Assembly (NCBI GenBank): GCA_963706025.1
Contig: CAVPLM010000012.1
Location: 1 to 30,472, forward strand
Direction: 5' to 3'
DNA from: an uncultured Actinomycetes bacterium
Lineage (GTDB): Bacteria; Actinomycetota; Thermoleophilia; RBG-16-64-13
Length of the DNA: 30,472 nucleotides
Below the pieces are notes generated by a model. It worked only from the letters and a program-made list of their open reading frames with translations. It did not search any database and had not been told where the DNA came from. Position numbers and translations under genes: made by a program. This document shows positions 9,035 through 17,771 of the stretch, piece by piece. The first letter of the stretch is position 1. Each line of letters opens with the position of its first letter.

Positions 9035-12000
9035 CTAGCGCGAAGCCGCATAGGCATTGCGGAACATCCTCATCCACGGACTGACGCTGCATCCCCATTC
9101 GGGCGGTACCCAGGGCCATTGGCGAAGCTGAAAGCTCCGCTCGGGGTGGGGCATGATCGCCAGGTGGCGGCCATCCGGGGAGCAGAGCGCGGCAATGCCC
9201 AGAGGGCTGCCGTTCGGGTTGTACGGATAGGTGGTGGTCGGGTTCGCGTCAGGGTCGACGAACCGGACGGGTGCCAGTCGGTTCTCGACGATCCAATCCA
9301 GCGTCGCCGGGTCGGGGACATGCAGGCGGCCCTCGCCGTGGGCCACCCAGACCCCCAGTATCGAGTCCTCCATCCCCCGCAGCATGACCGCGGGGCTCTT
9401 CTCGATGAGAACCGTGCTGAAGCGGGACTCGAAGCGTTCCGAGCGGTTCCTGATGAACCGAGGCTTGAGAGTATCGGGGAGATCGAAGCCGGGGATGCCC
9501 AGCAGCGCCATCAGCTGGCAGCCGTTGCACACGCCCAGAGAGAGGGTGTCCGATCGAGCGAAGAAACGGGTGAATTCCTCCGCCAGCCGCTCGTTGTTGC
9601 GGATCACCGATGCCCATCCCTTGGCGGAATCGAGGACATCACCGAACGAGAACCCGCCGACGAACGCGATCAGCTGGAAGCCCTCGAGATCGATAGCCCC
9701 CTTGATGAGATCGGTCATGGTGACGTCCCAGGGCTCGAACCCGGCCGCCAGGAAGGCGGCGGCCATCTCCCGGTCGCCGTTACTGCCCTCCTCGCGCAGG
9801 ATGGCGGCCTTCGGCTTGGTGACGGAGACGCCCCGGTAGCCGCCGCCGCGCGGGCGTCGCTCCGCCGCAGGCTCCGCGTCCGGATCGAAGCTGAGACGGT
9901 ACGGCCGTGTGCCGGCCCCCGACCGATGGGAGAGCCACTCCTCCTCGGCACACTCGGGGTTCGCCTGCAGGCGCTCGAGCTGGTAGCCGGTCTCCTCCCA
10001 GGTAGAGTGCAGCCCGCGCACCGGCTCCTGTAGCACGACTTCCTGGTTGAAGCTCAGCTCGACCGCGCCGTCCTGGACATGCCCCAACTCAATGCCGTCG
10101 ACGCCGTGGCGTTCGAGGATCCGGCGCGTCTGTTCTTCGTCGGCGACCTCTACGACGACGCCCGCCTCCTCCGCGAACAGGCATTCATACAGATCGTCTC
10201 CCTCGACCTTGACCCGCCAGCCCTTCTCGCCGGCGAAGGCCATCTCCAACAAGGTGACGATGAGCCCGCCGTCGCTGACGTCGTGGCAGGAGACGATCGC
10301 CCGGCTCCTGACCAAGTCCTGTACCGCCTCGAAGACCGACTTCAGAGACCTCGGATCCTCTATGTCGGGAGCCTCGTCCCCAAGCTGGGAAAGAACTTGA
10401 GCGAACGCACTTCCACCCAGCCGCCGCCTGCGTCCCACCGCGAGCAGCAGCAGCTTGTTGCCGTTCTCTTTCAGATCGGAAGTCACCCTCAGCCCGACAT
10501 CCGGCACCAGGGCGTAGGGGGCGATCACCAGCTCTGCGGGAGCTTTGACCAGCTCGCTGCCGCCTTCCGGGGTCAGTCCCTGGCTGGCCATCGAAAGGCT
10601 GTCCTTGCCCCCGTCGATAGCCATGCCGAGCGCGATCAGGAGGTCCCGGAGCGCGCACGCCGCGTCATAGAGCCATGCTCCCTCCCCAGGCTGCTTCACC
10701 GCCAGCATCCAGTTGGCCGAGCACTTGATCTCGCTGATGCCCGAGACGACCACGCCCGCCATGTTCAGAAGCGCCTCGGCCACGGCCATCCGAGCGCCCG
10801 CCTCGGGGCTGATCAGCCCCTTGATCGGTTGCTCGCCCAGGCTGAGGGCGGTCCCCGAGGGGTCGGCGTACGTCTGGGCGATCACCGCATAGTCCGACAG
10901 GGGCAGATGGCGGGGGCCGACCAGTTGCCGCTGGATGACAAGCCCGGTGACGTCCAGGTCGGCCTTGTTGGTGAGGAAGCGCTTGGAGCCTATTCCTGGA
11001 AGCCGGAGCACGAGGTCGAGCACCCGGCGCAGATCCGCGGCCGGGGGAAGGACCAGGGGCTCAAGGTCCGCCCGCCCCAGCCCACGCGGGGAGCGGCGCT
11101 CGAACTCGAACCTCTTCGGAGGCAGCCGCCCCAGGATGTCGTCCAAGGGGAGCTCGACCGGCCTGCTGTCGTCGGTCTCGTCGTACAGGACCAGCAACCC
11201 GTCGCCTGTCACCCGGCCGACGATCGCCAGCGGAACATTCTCGCGCGCCGCCAGGGTTTCCACGATCTCGAGCTTGGCGGGCAGGACGAGGAGGGCGTTC
11301 CTTTCCTGCGACTCGTTCCCCCATATCTCGAGGACAGAGAGCGTCTGATCGCCGACGGGGATCGCCCGCAGGTCGATCACCGCGCCGGCCGGCTCCACGA
11401 TCTCGGGCAGGGCATTGCAGTCGCCGCCGGCCCCCAGGTCGTGGGCGGAGACGATGGGATTCGCCTCGCCGAGCTCCACGCACGCCCGCATCAGGCGGTT
11501 GACCCGCTGCTCCATCTCAGGATCGCCGCGCTGGACGGCGTTGAAGTCGAGTTCCTGGACGTTCTTGCCCTGCTCCATGCTGCTCGCGGCTCCTCCGCCC
11601 ATGCCGATCCGGTAGGCCGGGCCGCCCACCTGCACCACCAGCATGTCCTTCTCCGGCCTGCCTTTGACGGTGTGCTCGTCCCTGATCTGGCCCGCTCCCA
11701 CGCTGTACATGATCGGCTTGTACCAGGAGCGGTAGCCATCGGGCAGCCGGAGGCCGAAGGTGCGGGTGAAGCCGTAGATGAGGGGTTCGCCGAAGCAGTT
11801 GCCGTAGTCGGAGGCGCCGTTGCTGGCCTCGATGAGGATGTCGACGGGCGAGGCGAGATCGGGAGGATGGGAGTAGCCGTCCTCCTCCCAGGGCAGCTCA
11901 TAGCCGGGGAGGTGGAGGTTGCCGACACAGTAGGCCGCGCCGGAGGCGTAGACGAGCCCGCCCCGCCCGACCGCCTGGTTATCCCGGATCCGCCCGCCCC

Positions 12001-12958
12001 CGCCCGTCGCCGCGCCGGGATAGGGGGCGACACCCGAGGGGAAGTTGTGGGTCTCGGCAGTGAGGGTGGGATGCAGGAGAACCGGCCTCGGCAAGAGAGG
12101 CGACGGGCCCAGCGGCTCGGAGGCCACGAGCAGGTTCACTTCTCTTCCCCGGATGGCCGAACTGTCGTCGCGGAAGGCGATCACGGAGTTGGGACCTGAA
12201 GCCGCGAGCGGCTGCCTCACGATATGCATGAGATTCTGCTCGGGCACGCGGACGCCGTCCACCCAGAGCTCGCCCTTGAACACCCAGTGCCGGGAGTGCT
12301 CCGAGTTGGCCTGAGCGATCTGGAAGAGCTCGACATCGGTGGGATCCCGTTCCAGCCGCCGGTAGATCCCGGCGATGAGCTCGAGGTCGCCGGCATCCCA
12401 GCTGCAGCCGTGATCTCGGTCGAATCCCCGCAAGGCCTCTACTCCCTCCGTGAGCAGCGGGATCACCCTTACCGGTTGGGGAGAGAGACCGGTCTCGAAC
12501 GAGGCCAGAGGCTCGCGGTACCGCATCTCCGTCATGCGGTCGTGGAGAGAGGCAAGCAGCTCATCCGCCTGCCGATCGGAGATGGCCACTGGGAGCCCGA
12601 GCCGCACCGACCGTTCGAGGCGGCGCACGGAACGGACACCGGAACGCCGGCAGATCTCTACCGCGGCCGAGGACCAGGCAGTCTCGAAGTTCAGTCGCGG
12701 GCCATGCTCGATGACCGTGGGGAATCTCCCATCGAGGAAACTCACCGGCCCGAACTGCCCGGGTTCGAAGGTCTCCGACAGCAGATAGCGGAGAACGGTC
12801 AGATCTTGGGTGTCAAGCGGCTGGTCGGTCTCCTCGACGTAGAAGCAGTATTCCGTCCCCACCGGCCCGACGAGCCGCCCGACGACCCGTTCGGCGATCG
12901 AAATGAACGCCTCGACCCTCGTCGGGGTCATGCTTGGTGTCCGGAAGAAGCGCAACAT
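9035..12958 (-). CDS. purL: Phosphoribosylformylglycinamidine synthase, large single-chain type
   Basis: ~1300 aa; NSEHSRH, AETHNFP, HDLGAGG, GKDSLSM, HDVSDGG; fused glutaminase with GVCNGCQ and MPHPER. Start taken at MLRFF (12958); the ORF extends to 13009. Confidence 0.95.
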   Translation of the reverse strand: MLRFFRTPSMTPTRVEAFISIAERVVGRLVGPVGTEYCFYVEETDQPLDTQDLTVLRYLLSETFEPGQFGPVSFLDGRFPTVIEHGPRLNFETAWSSAAVEICRRSGVRSVRRLERSVRLGLPVAISDRQADELLASLHDRMTEMRYREPLASFETGLSPQPVRVIPLLTEGVEALRGFDRDHGCSWDAGDLELIAGIYRRLERDPTDVELFQIAQANSEHSRHWVFKGELWVDGVRVPEQNLMHIVRQPLAASGPNSVIAFRDDSSAIRGREVNLLVASEPLGPSPLLPRPVLLHPTLTAETHNFPSGVAPYPGAATGGGGRIRDNQAVGRGGLVYASGAAYCVGNLHLPGYELPWEEDGYSHPPDLASPVDILIEASNGASDYGNCFGEPLIYGFTRTFGLRLPDGYRSWYKPIMYSVGAGQIRDEHTVKGRPEKDMLVVQVGGPAYRIGMGGGAASSMEQGKNVQELDFNAVQRGDPEMEQRVNRLMRACVELGEANPIVSAHDLGAGGDCNALPEIVEPAGAVIDLRAIPVGDQTLSVLEIWGNESQERNALLVLPAKLEIVETLAARENVPLAIVGRVTGDGLLVLYDETDDSRPVELPLDDILGRLPPKRFEFERRSPRGLGRADLEPLVLPPAADLRRVLDLVLRLPGIGSKRFLTNKADLDVTGLVIQRQLVGPRHLPLSDYAVIAQTYADPSGTALSLGEQPIKGLISPEAGARMAVAEALLNMAGVVVSGISEIKCSANWMLAVKQPGEGAWLYDAACALRDLLIALGMAIDGGKDSLSMASQGLTPEGGSELVKAPAELVIAPYALVPDVGLRVTSDLKENGNKLLLLAVGRRRRLGGSAFAQVLSQLGDEAPDIEDPRSLKSVFEAVQDLVRSRAIVSCHDVSDGGLIVTLLEMAFAGEKGWRVKVEGDDLYECLFAEEAGVVVEVADEEQTRRILERHGVDGIELGHVQDGAVELSFNQEVVLQEPVRGLHSTWEETGYQLERLQANPECAEEEWLSHRSGAGTRPYRLSFDPDAEPAAERRPRGGGYRGVSVTKPKAAILREEGSNGDREMAAAFLAAGFEPWDVTMTDLIKGAIDLEGFQLIAFVGGFSFGDVLDSAKGWASVIRNNERLAEEFTRFFARSDTLSLGVCNGCQLMALLGIPGFDLPDTLKPRFIRNRSERFESRFSTVLIEKSPAVMLRGMEDSILGVWVAHGEGRLHVPDPATLDWIVENRLAPVRFVDPDANPTTTYPYNPNGSPLGIAALCSPDGRHLAIMPHPERSFQLRQWPWVPPEWGCSVSPWMRMFRNAYAASR

Positions 12959-13080
12959 GCTGTTCAGCCGAAACCTTACCACCCGACCGCTCGGTCGTGT
13001 TGCCGCCATCGTGCGAACAAAGGTGGATGGCGGAAGCCGGAGCGACGAGCGAGACTATCGCCGACTATGGAGCGAGACCG

Positions 13081-13123
13081 CTGACAGTCCTTTTTACGTA
13101 CGCTATGATGTCCTTCATAACGT
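13081..13123 (+). promoter_or_regulatory. Promoter and overlapping inverted-repeat operator of the phd-parE module
   Basis: CTGACA (13081-13086), 17 nt, TATGAT (13104-13109). Inverted repeat ACGcTATGA-TGTCCT-TCATAaCGT at 13100-13123. AGGAGG RBS at 13130-13135. Confidence 0.65.
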
Positions 13124-13140
13124 CACTCAAGGAGGCAGTC

Positions 13141-13421
13141 ATGTCGGCGATCCGGCCTTCCACGGATGTGCTACCGGTCACGGAGTTTCGCGCGAACACG
13201 TCGGCGTTGCTAACGCAGCTACGGGCCAGCAAGCGGCCGATCGTGTTGACTCAGCACGGTCGTAGCGCGGCGGTAGTTATGGATGTGGATGTGTACGAGG
13301 GCCTACTCGATGAGATCGCTTGCTGCGGGACATCCGCATCTCGGAGGAGCAGATAGCGCGCGGAGAGGGGATCGCGCACGATGAAGCCGTGGCGGGACTC
13401 CGGGCGCGGTTGACCAAGTGA
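13141..13421 (+). CDS. Phd/YefM family antitoxin; frameshift near 13320
   Basis: DVLPVTEFRAN...KRPIVLTQHGRSAAVVMDVDVYE. Adding 1 nt near 13320 gives LLRDIRISEEQIARGEGIAHDEAVAGLRARLTK* ending at 13421. Confidence 0.8.
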
Positions 13422-13462
13422 AGGTCATCTGGTCCCCGCTGGCGTGCGACCACGTCGCCCAG
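13418..13462 (+). pseudogene. 5' remnant of a RelE/ParE family toxin
   Basis: GTGA-coupled to the antitoxin stop. MKVIWSPLACDHVAQ resembles the ParE N-terminus, then similarity is lost. Confidence 0.6.
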
Positions 13463-13489
13463 GCCCCGGACGAGGTCGGTACGCTTCAC
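13460..13489 (-). pseudogene. 5' remnant of a HicA family toxin
   Basis: GTGA-coupled to the hicB stop. MKRTDLVRGL resembles the HicA N-terminus, then runs into the antisense of the parE remnant. Confidence 0.55.
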
Positions 13490-13677
13490 GCGACGCTCAG
13501 TTCACCGACCTTGTGGACCCGGGGGATCTCCCCCGAGACTAGCTCCTTGTACACGTCAAGCAGATTGTCCTGCAATTGTTCCATGGTCTCGCCCTGGGTG
13601 CGATAGTCAGGGTAGTCCTCAAGCCAGCCCACGAGGAACCCGTCTTCCTCGTAGTAAATGAACCTTTTGGTCTCCAT
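13486..13677 (-). CDS. hicB: HicB family antitoxin (short, UPF0150 type)
   Basis: YYEEDGFLVGWLEDYPDYRTQGETMEQLQDNL; GGAGAGG RBS. Confidence 0.85.
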   Translation of the reverse strand: METKRFIYYEEDGFLVGWLEDYPDYRTQGETMEQLQDNLLDVYKELVSGEIPRVHKVGELSVA

Positions 13678-13804
13678 CGCCTCTCCCCCGGATTCATCGG
13701 CCGGAACCAGTTTCCTATTCTACCTCGCCCGAAGTCCGGCGATCGCGCGAAACCCTACAACGAAAGGTGGACGACAGAGGGCGTGGCGACCCGCGGAGTC
13801 CAGG

Positions 13805-14266
13805 CTACACGTGTGTGCCGGCAACCTTGAGCAGCGCTTCCGCCTCCAGTCCGTCCTCCGGGCATGACGCAGTGCCGAAACTCGCCCTCATGGTGACGAA
13901 ATCCTCGCCTACCTTGATTCTCGTCTTCTCTAGTGAGTCGGCGATACGCCTCCCCGCCGTCTGGGCGGCCTGCTTCTCGGTCTCCTGCATGATGACGGCA
14001 AACTCGTCCGCACTACACCTGGATACGATGTCCACGTCGCGCAGGTGCGTCTCTATGATTGTCGTCAGATACTCGAGAGCGGATTCTCCGGCGGCATCCC
14101 CAGACGCATCCTTGACCCACTCGAGATTGTCGAACCTGATCAGTAGCAGAGAAAACGGGCGGCGGTAACGTTGGTAGAGCTTGATATGGCGTTCAAGCTC
14201 GTGCAGAACGTACCAGCGGCTGTGAAGGCCGGTGAGAGGATCCCGACCGAGACTGTCTTCCGTCAT
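13805..14266 (-). CDS. Stand-alone degenerate GGDEF-domain protein
   Basis: RDPLTGLHSR N-terminus, RDVD I-site, SADEF in place of GGDEF, ASFG strand. Confidence 0.85.
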   Translation of the reverse strand: MTEDSLGRDPLTGLHSRWYVLHELERHIKLYQRYRRPFSLLLIRFDNLEWVKDASGDAAGESALEYLTTIIETHLRDVDIVSRCSADEFAVIMQETEKQAAQTAGRRIADSLEKTRIKVGEDFVTMRASFGTASCPEDGLEAEALLKVAGTHV

Positions 14267-14324
14267 GTCGCGTCTCCCCCTGGTCGTTTCGGAATGCCCA
14301 CATCCGGTAGTTTACGCTCTTAGA

Positions 14325-14352
14325 ATCTACCAGGTTCGAGGGACAGGTCAAC
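14325..14352 (-). promoter_or_regulatory. Putative sigma70-type promoter of the GGDEF gene
   Basis: On the minus strand TTGACC-16 nt-TAGATT, about 60 nt upstream of the ATG. Confidence 0.45.
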
Positions 14353-14472
14353 GCAAGGGACGCACCAAAGCCCCCGCAACTGCCTGGTGCCGTCCGGGGG
14401 CCTGGAAGGTCTAGGATTCCGGCCGAAGAAATCAGTAGACTGGTCCCAAACGTAACCGCACGGGAGCCGAAC

Positions 14473-15808
14473 ATGAGGCGCGGACTAGGGTCGATATCCG
14501 TTCGCTCTCTGGTGGCGTTCGCCGCCGGGTCCGTCTTTGCCATCGCTGTGCTGGCCGCTCTCCCGGCGACCGCGCGGGCTCAGCCCGCGACGCACTCTCA
14601 AACCGCCGCGGTGGCCCAGACCTTCACCGACATCCAGGGGAACGAGTGGTACGCGCAAGCCGTGCGCGCTCTGGCCCGGCAGGGAATCGTGGAGGGGCGC
14701 CAAGACGGCTCGTTCGGTCCGAATGAATCGGTGACTCGGGCGCAGATGGCCGTGTTCCTGGCCCGGGCACTCGGGCTGCCGGAGTCGCCCGGTCAACCGT
14801 TCTTCGACGTGAACAAGCCGGATTGGTTCGCAGGCGCCGTGGGGGCCCTCTACCAGAAAAGGCTTATCCAGGGCACCAGCCCGATCGTGTTCTCGCCCGA
14901 CCGGCCGATCAATCGGCAGCAGGCAGCCACGTTGGTGATGCGCTGCTTGAAGTTCTTCCTCGAGAGCGACCCTGCGTCCGCCGTCGAACACGAGCTGGCG
15001 AAAGAACAGGCGGCGGTCTGGCTGGTGGGCTTCCGCGACCGGCCGCTGATAGCCCCCGATCACGCTGTCTCGGTCGCCAACGCGTACCGCCTGGGGGTGA
15101 TCGAAAGCAACGGCCGACGGCTGGTTCTATCCCGCGCTCAATCTCACCCGGGCCCAGATGGCGGTGATGCTCTACCGGGCCTTCTTGCAGCCCATCGAGG
15201 CGAGGAACGTCTACCCCATAGAACTGCCGGCGGTGTCGAGCTACGCCCCACAGTCGGTGGGTTCGGAAGGGAGCCTCGTGTCTTTCCTCGAGGCCAGGCT
15301 CACCGCTCTTCACTACCCCTGCGGTCCGGTGGACGGGGTCTATGACCGCCGCACCAGGGACGCGGTGATGGCCTTCGAGAAGGTCGAACGGCTCAAGCGG
15401 GACGGGAGCGTGGGGGCTAAGGTCTGGGAGCGCCTCCTCTCGGCCAAGACGCCCGGTCCGCGTCGGTCTCTCGGCGGTACCCGATGCGAAGTCGATGTTT
15501 CCCGGCAAGTGCTCTTCATGATCACCGACAACAGCGTCTGGAAGATCGTGCACGTTTCGACCGGTAGGCTGGGCACCCGGACCGGCCACTTCGCGGTGGG
15601 GGTCAAGTACGAGGGTTGGGTCCAATGCGTGACGCTCGACGGCGAGATGTACTACCCCTCGTACATCGTCAGCAAGACGGCCATCCACGGGTACCGAAGC
15701 GTTCCTCCCTATCCGGCGAGCCACGGGTGCGTGCGCGTCCCCGTGTGGACGGCGGTCGAGCTGTACGAGCAGCTGCCGAAAGGCACGCCGGTCGACGTCT
15801 ACTACTAG
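14473..15808 (+). CDS. SLH-domain / peptidoglycan-binding L,D-transpeptidase (YkuD); frameshift near 15105-15115
   Basis: Signal peptide and SLH repeats (FTDIQGNEWYAQAV, VTRAQMAVFL). The third SLH continues in the frame of 15158..15808 (DGWFYPALNLTRAQMAVML). PG-binding GPVDGVYD and YkuD AIHG...SHGCVRV follow. Confidence 0.85.
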
Positions 15809-15918
15809 GGCGCCGGGGCAGGCAACAGCGCCGAGCAGCGGCGCCAAAGGAGAAGGGAGCAGTAGGGAGAACACGTCACTCCGAGCAACTCTGCAATACG
15901 TCAGGAAGGATCCAGAGT

Positions 15919-16176
15919 ATGGAGCGCGGAGAACGCAGCGCACGCGTCAGTGTGCAAGCCAGAAGGTTCAGATGCGAGGGGGACATCGGTGTGCCGACTG
16001 CTGGTGGCTACAGGGACCGGGTGATCGATCTCTTGAATGATGTTAGCGACTTTCTTGCCCTCGCAGACGTCCTGCTGTACCGGGCAAGCGAAGGAGCAGC
16101 CTCCGAAGATCCCGTCCACTACGATGTCTTCCTTCTTCGCAAGGGCGAGATCGAGTTCGTTGTTCCGCTGGACTGA
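15919..16176 (+). CDS. Small conserved hypothetical protein (DUF6812-like)
   Basis: 85 aa with RCEGDI...RVIDLLN..DFLALADV...FLLRKGEIEFVVP pattern; GGAAGGA upstream. Confidence 0.55.
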   Translation: MERGERSARVSVQARRFRCEGDIGVPTAGGYRDRVIDLLNDVSDFLALADVLLYRASEGAASEDPVHYDVFLLRKGEIEFVVPLD

Positions 16177-16550
16177 TAGCTAAGAAGAACCATCGCCGAA
16201 TCAACAGGCCCCGCCGGCCCCGTCCCCGTCGGAAGCTGCCGAAAGCGGCTCGCCCTCTGGTAGGCGTGGTGATCGGGGGAGCAATAAGACCTTGACCTGC
16301 CTGGCACACGCAACTAGAGCGCGAGCCCCAAGTGGCTCCGCTTTCCTTCCTTCAATGACCCCCACTTGCCGATGCTTCAATGTACTTCGCGGTGTTTTAC
16401 CCCCGCGTTTCCTCTGCACCAGCTCCTGTGAGAACCTCTGGAAGACGCGCTGCGTCTCTCGGGACTCGCAAGGTTCATATTCCCTGACCCCCAGATCCTA
16501 AACATGTGGGGACCAACCATCTTGCCGACGCGAGGATTCCAACCTCAGGA

Positions 16551-16585
16551 CCTGCTCGGGCTACTGACTGAATCAGCCCGGCAGG
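16551..16585 (-). terminator. Hairpin downstream of the acyl-CoA dehydrogenase gene
   Basis: CCTGCtCGGGCT...AGCCCGGCAGG stem 16 nt after the stop; no U-tract. Confidence 0.35.
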
Positions 16586-16601
16586 CTAACGCAGCAACCT
16601 C

Positions 16602-17741
16602 TTACAGGCCGAGGCTCCTTGCGATCACGAGTCTCATCACTTCGGAGGTGCCCTCGCCGATCTCCAGCAGCTTGGCATCTCGCAGATAGCGTTCCACCGG
16701 GAACTCCCTGATGTATCCGTACCCGCCGTGGATCTGGATGGCATCTAGTGCTGCTCTGGTCGCCATTTCAGAGGCAAAAAGCTTCACGTAGCTTGCCTCT
16801 CGAGAGTAGGGCTGGGCGTTGTCTCGCAGCCAAGCGGCCTTCAGATACATGAGCCTGGCCAACTCTATGTTCATCGCTATGTCGGCCAGCTTGAACTGGA
16901 TAGCCTGGAACTTGCCGATGGGCTGGCCGAACTGGACACGCTCCTTGGCGTACTTCACGGAGGCGTCCAGGCAGGCCTGGGCGATCCCCACTCCCATCGC
17001 GCCGATGGCGATGCGGCCGCCGTCGAGCACCTTCAGGAACTGCTTGAAGCCTTCTCCACGCACGCCGATAAGGTTTCTCTCGGGCACTCTCACGTCGTCG
17101 AAGAACAGCTCCGTGGTGTTGGAGCCATGGAGGCCCAGTTTCTCGTATGCCGCCCTAACGGTGAACCCCGGCGTTCCGGTGGGCACGATGATGTCACTGA
17201 TGCCGCGTGTGCCTTTGCCCTTGTCGGTCACCGCGGTAATGGTCACGAACTTGGCGAAGCTTGCGTTGGTGATGTAGCACTTCGAGCCGTTGATGACCCA
17301 CTCGCCGTCCTCCAGCCTGGCGGTGGTCTGAGTACCACCGGCATCGGAACCGGCGTTTGGCTCCGTGAGGCCGAATGAGCCCATGCTCTCACCGCTGCAG
17401 AGCGGGGGCAGGAACTCCTTTTTTTGCTCCTCGCTTCCAAAGAGATAGATGGGCATGCAGCCGAGGGAGATGTGCGCCTCGTAGGTCAGGCCTGTCGAGC
17501 CGCAGGCCCCGGTGATCTCCTCGAGGGCCAGGCAGTAACTGACGTAGTCCCCTCCGGCTCCCCCGTATTCCTCGGCTATCGGCAGCCCCATCAACCCAAG
17601 CTCGGCCATCTGCTTGAGCGTCTCCACGGGGAAGGCGCCGGACCGGTCGACCTCCGCCGCCCTGGGCGCGATCTCGCGTTGGGCGAAGTCCTTGACCATA
17701 TCCCTGATCATCCGTTGATCTTCTGTTAGCTTGAAGTCCAC
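16602..17741 (-). CDS. Acyl-CoA dehydrogenase (short-chain/butyryl-CoA type)
   Basis: FGLTEPNAGSDAG, NGSKCYITN, KLGLHGSNT, GRIAIGA, QIHGGYGY, IGEGTSE. Confidence 0.95.
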   Translation of the reverse strand: MDFKLTEDQRMIRDMVKDFAQREIAPRAAEVDRSGAFPVETLKQMAELGLMGLPIAEEYGGAGGDYVSYCLALEEITGACGSTGLTYEAHISLGCMPIYLFGSEEQKKEFLPPLCSGESMGSFGLTEPNAGSDAGGTQTTARLEDGEWVINGSKCYITNASFAKFVTITAVTDKGKGTRGISDIIVPTGTPGFTVRAAYEKLGLHGSNTTELFFDDVRVPERNLIGVRGEGFKQFLKVLDGGRIAIGAMGVGIAQACLDASVKYAKERVQFGQPIGKFQAIQFKLADIAMNIELARLMYLKAAWLRDNAQPYSREASYVKLFASEMATRAALDAIQIHGGYGYIREFPVERYLRDAKLLEIGEGTSEVMRLVIARSLGL

Positions 17742-17771
17742 TTTCTCCCGCTTTCGCTCTGACCTAGAATC

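Noticed and set aside
10079-12199. 706-aa ORF antisense to purL, and similar long shadow ORFs (3484..4599, 19819..20829, 23867..25036)
   Set aside because: These lie opposite well-supported genes, show no recognisable motifs, and are expected from high-GC codon bias.
12959-13080. Purine, ZTP or PRPP riboswitch upstream of purL
   Set aside because: Hairpins are present (CCGCCATC...GATGGCGG, CGACCG/CGGTCG) but I find no conserved aptamer nucleotides.
6001-13700. Integrative element or prophage bounded by the TA clusters
   Set aside because: No integrase, transposase, tRNA target or att-like direct repeats seen.
13735-13805. c-di-GMP-I riboswitch-like words (GCGAAACC...GAAAGG; also GGGACGCACCAAAGCC near 14358)
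   Set aside because: The P2/P3 stems and GCAAA/GACGCAAAG spacing do not fit, and neither lies in the leader of a suitably oriented gene with the full motif.
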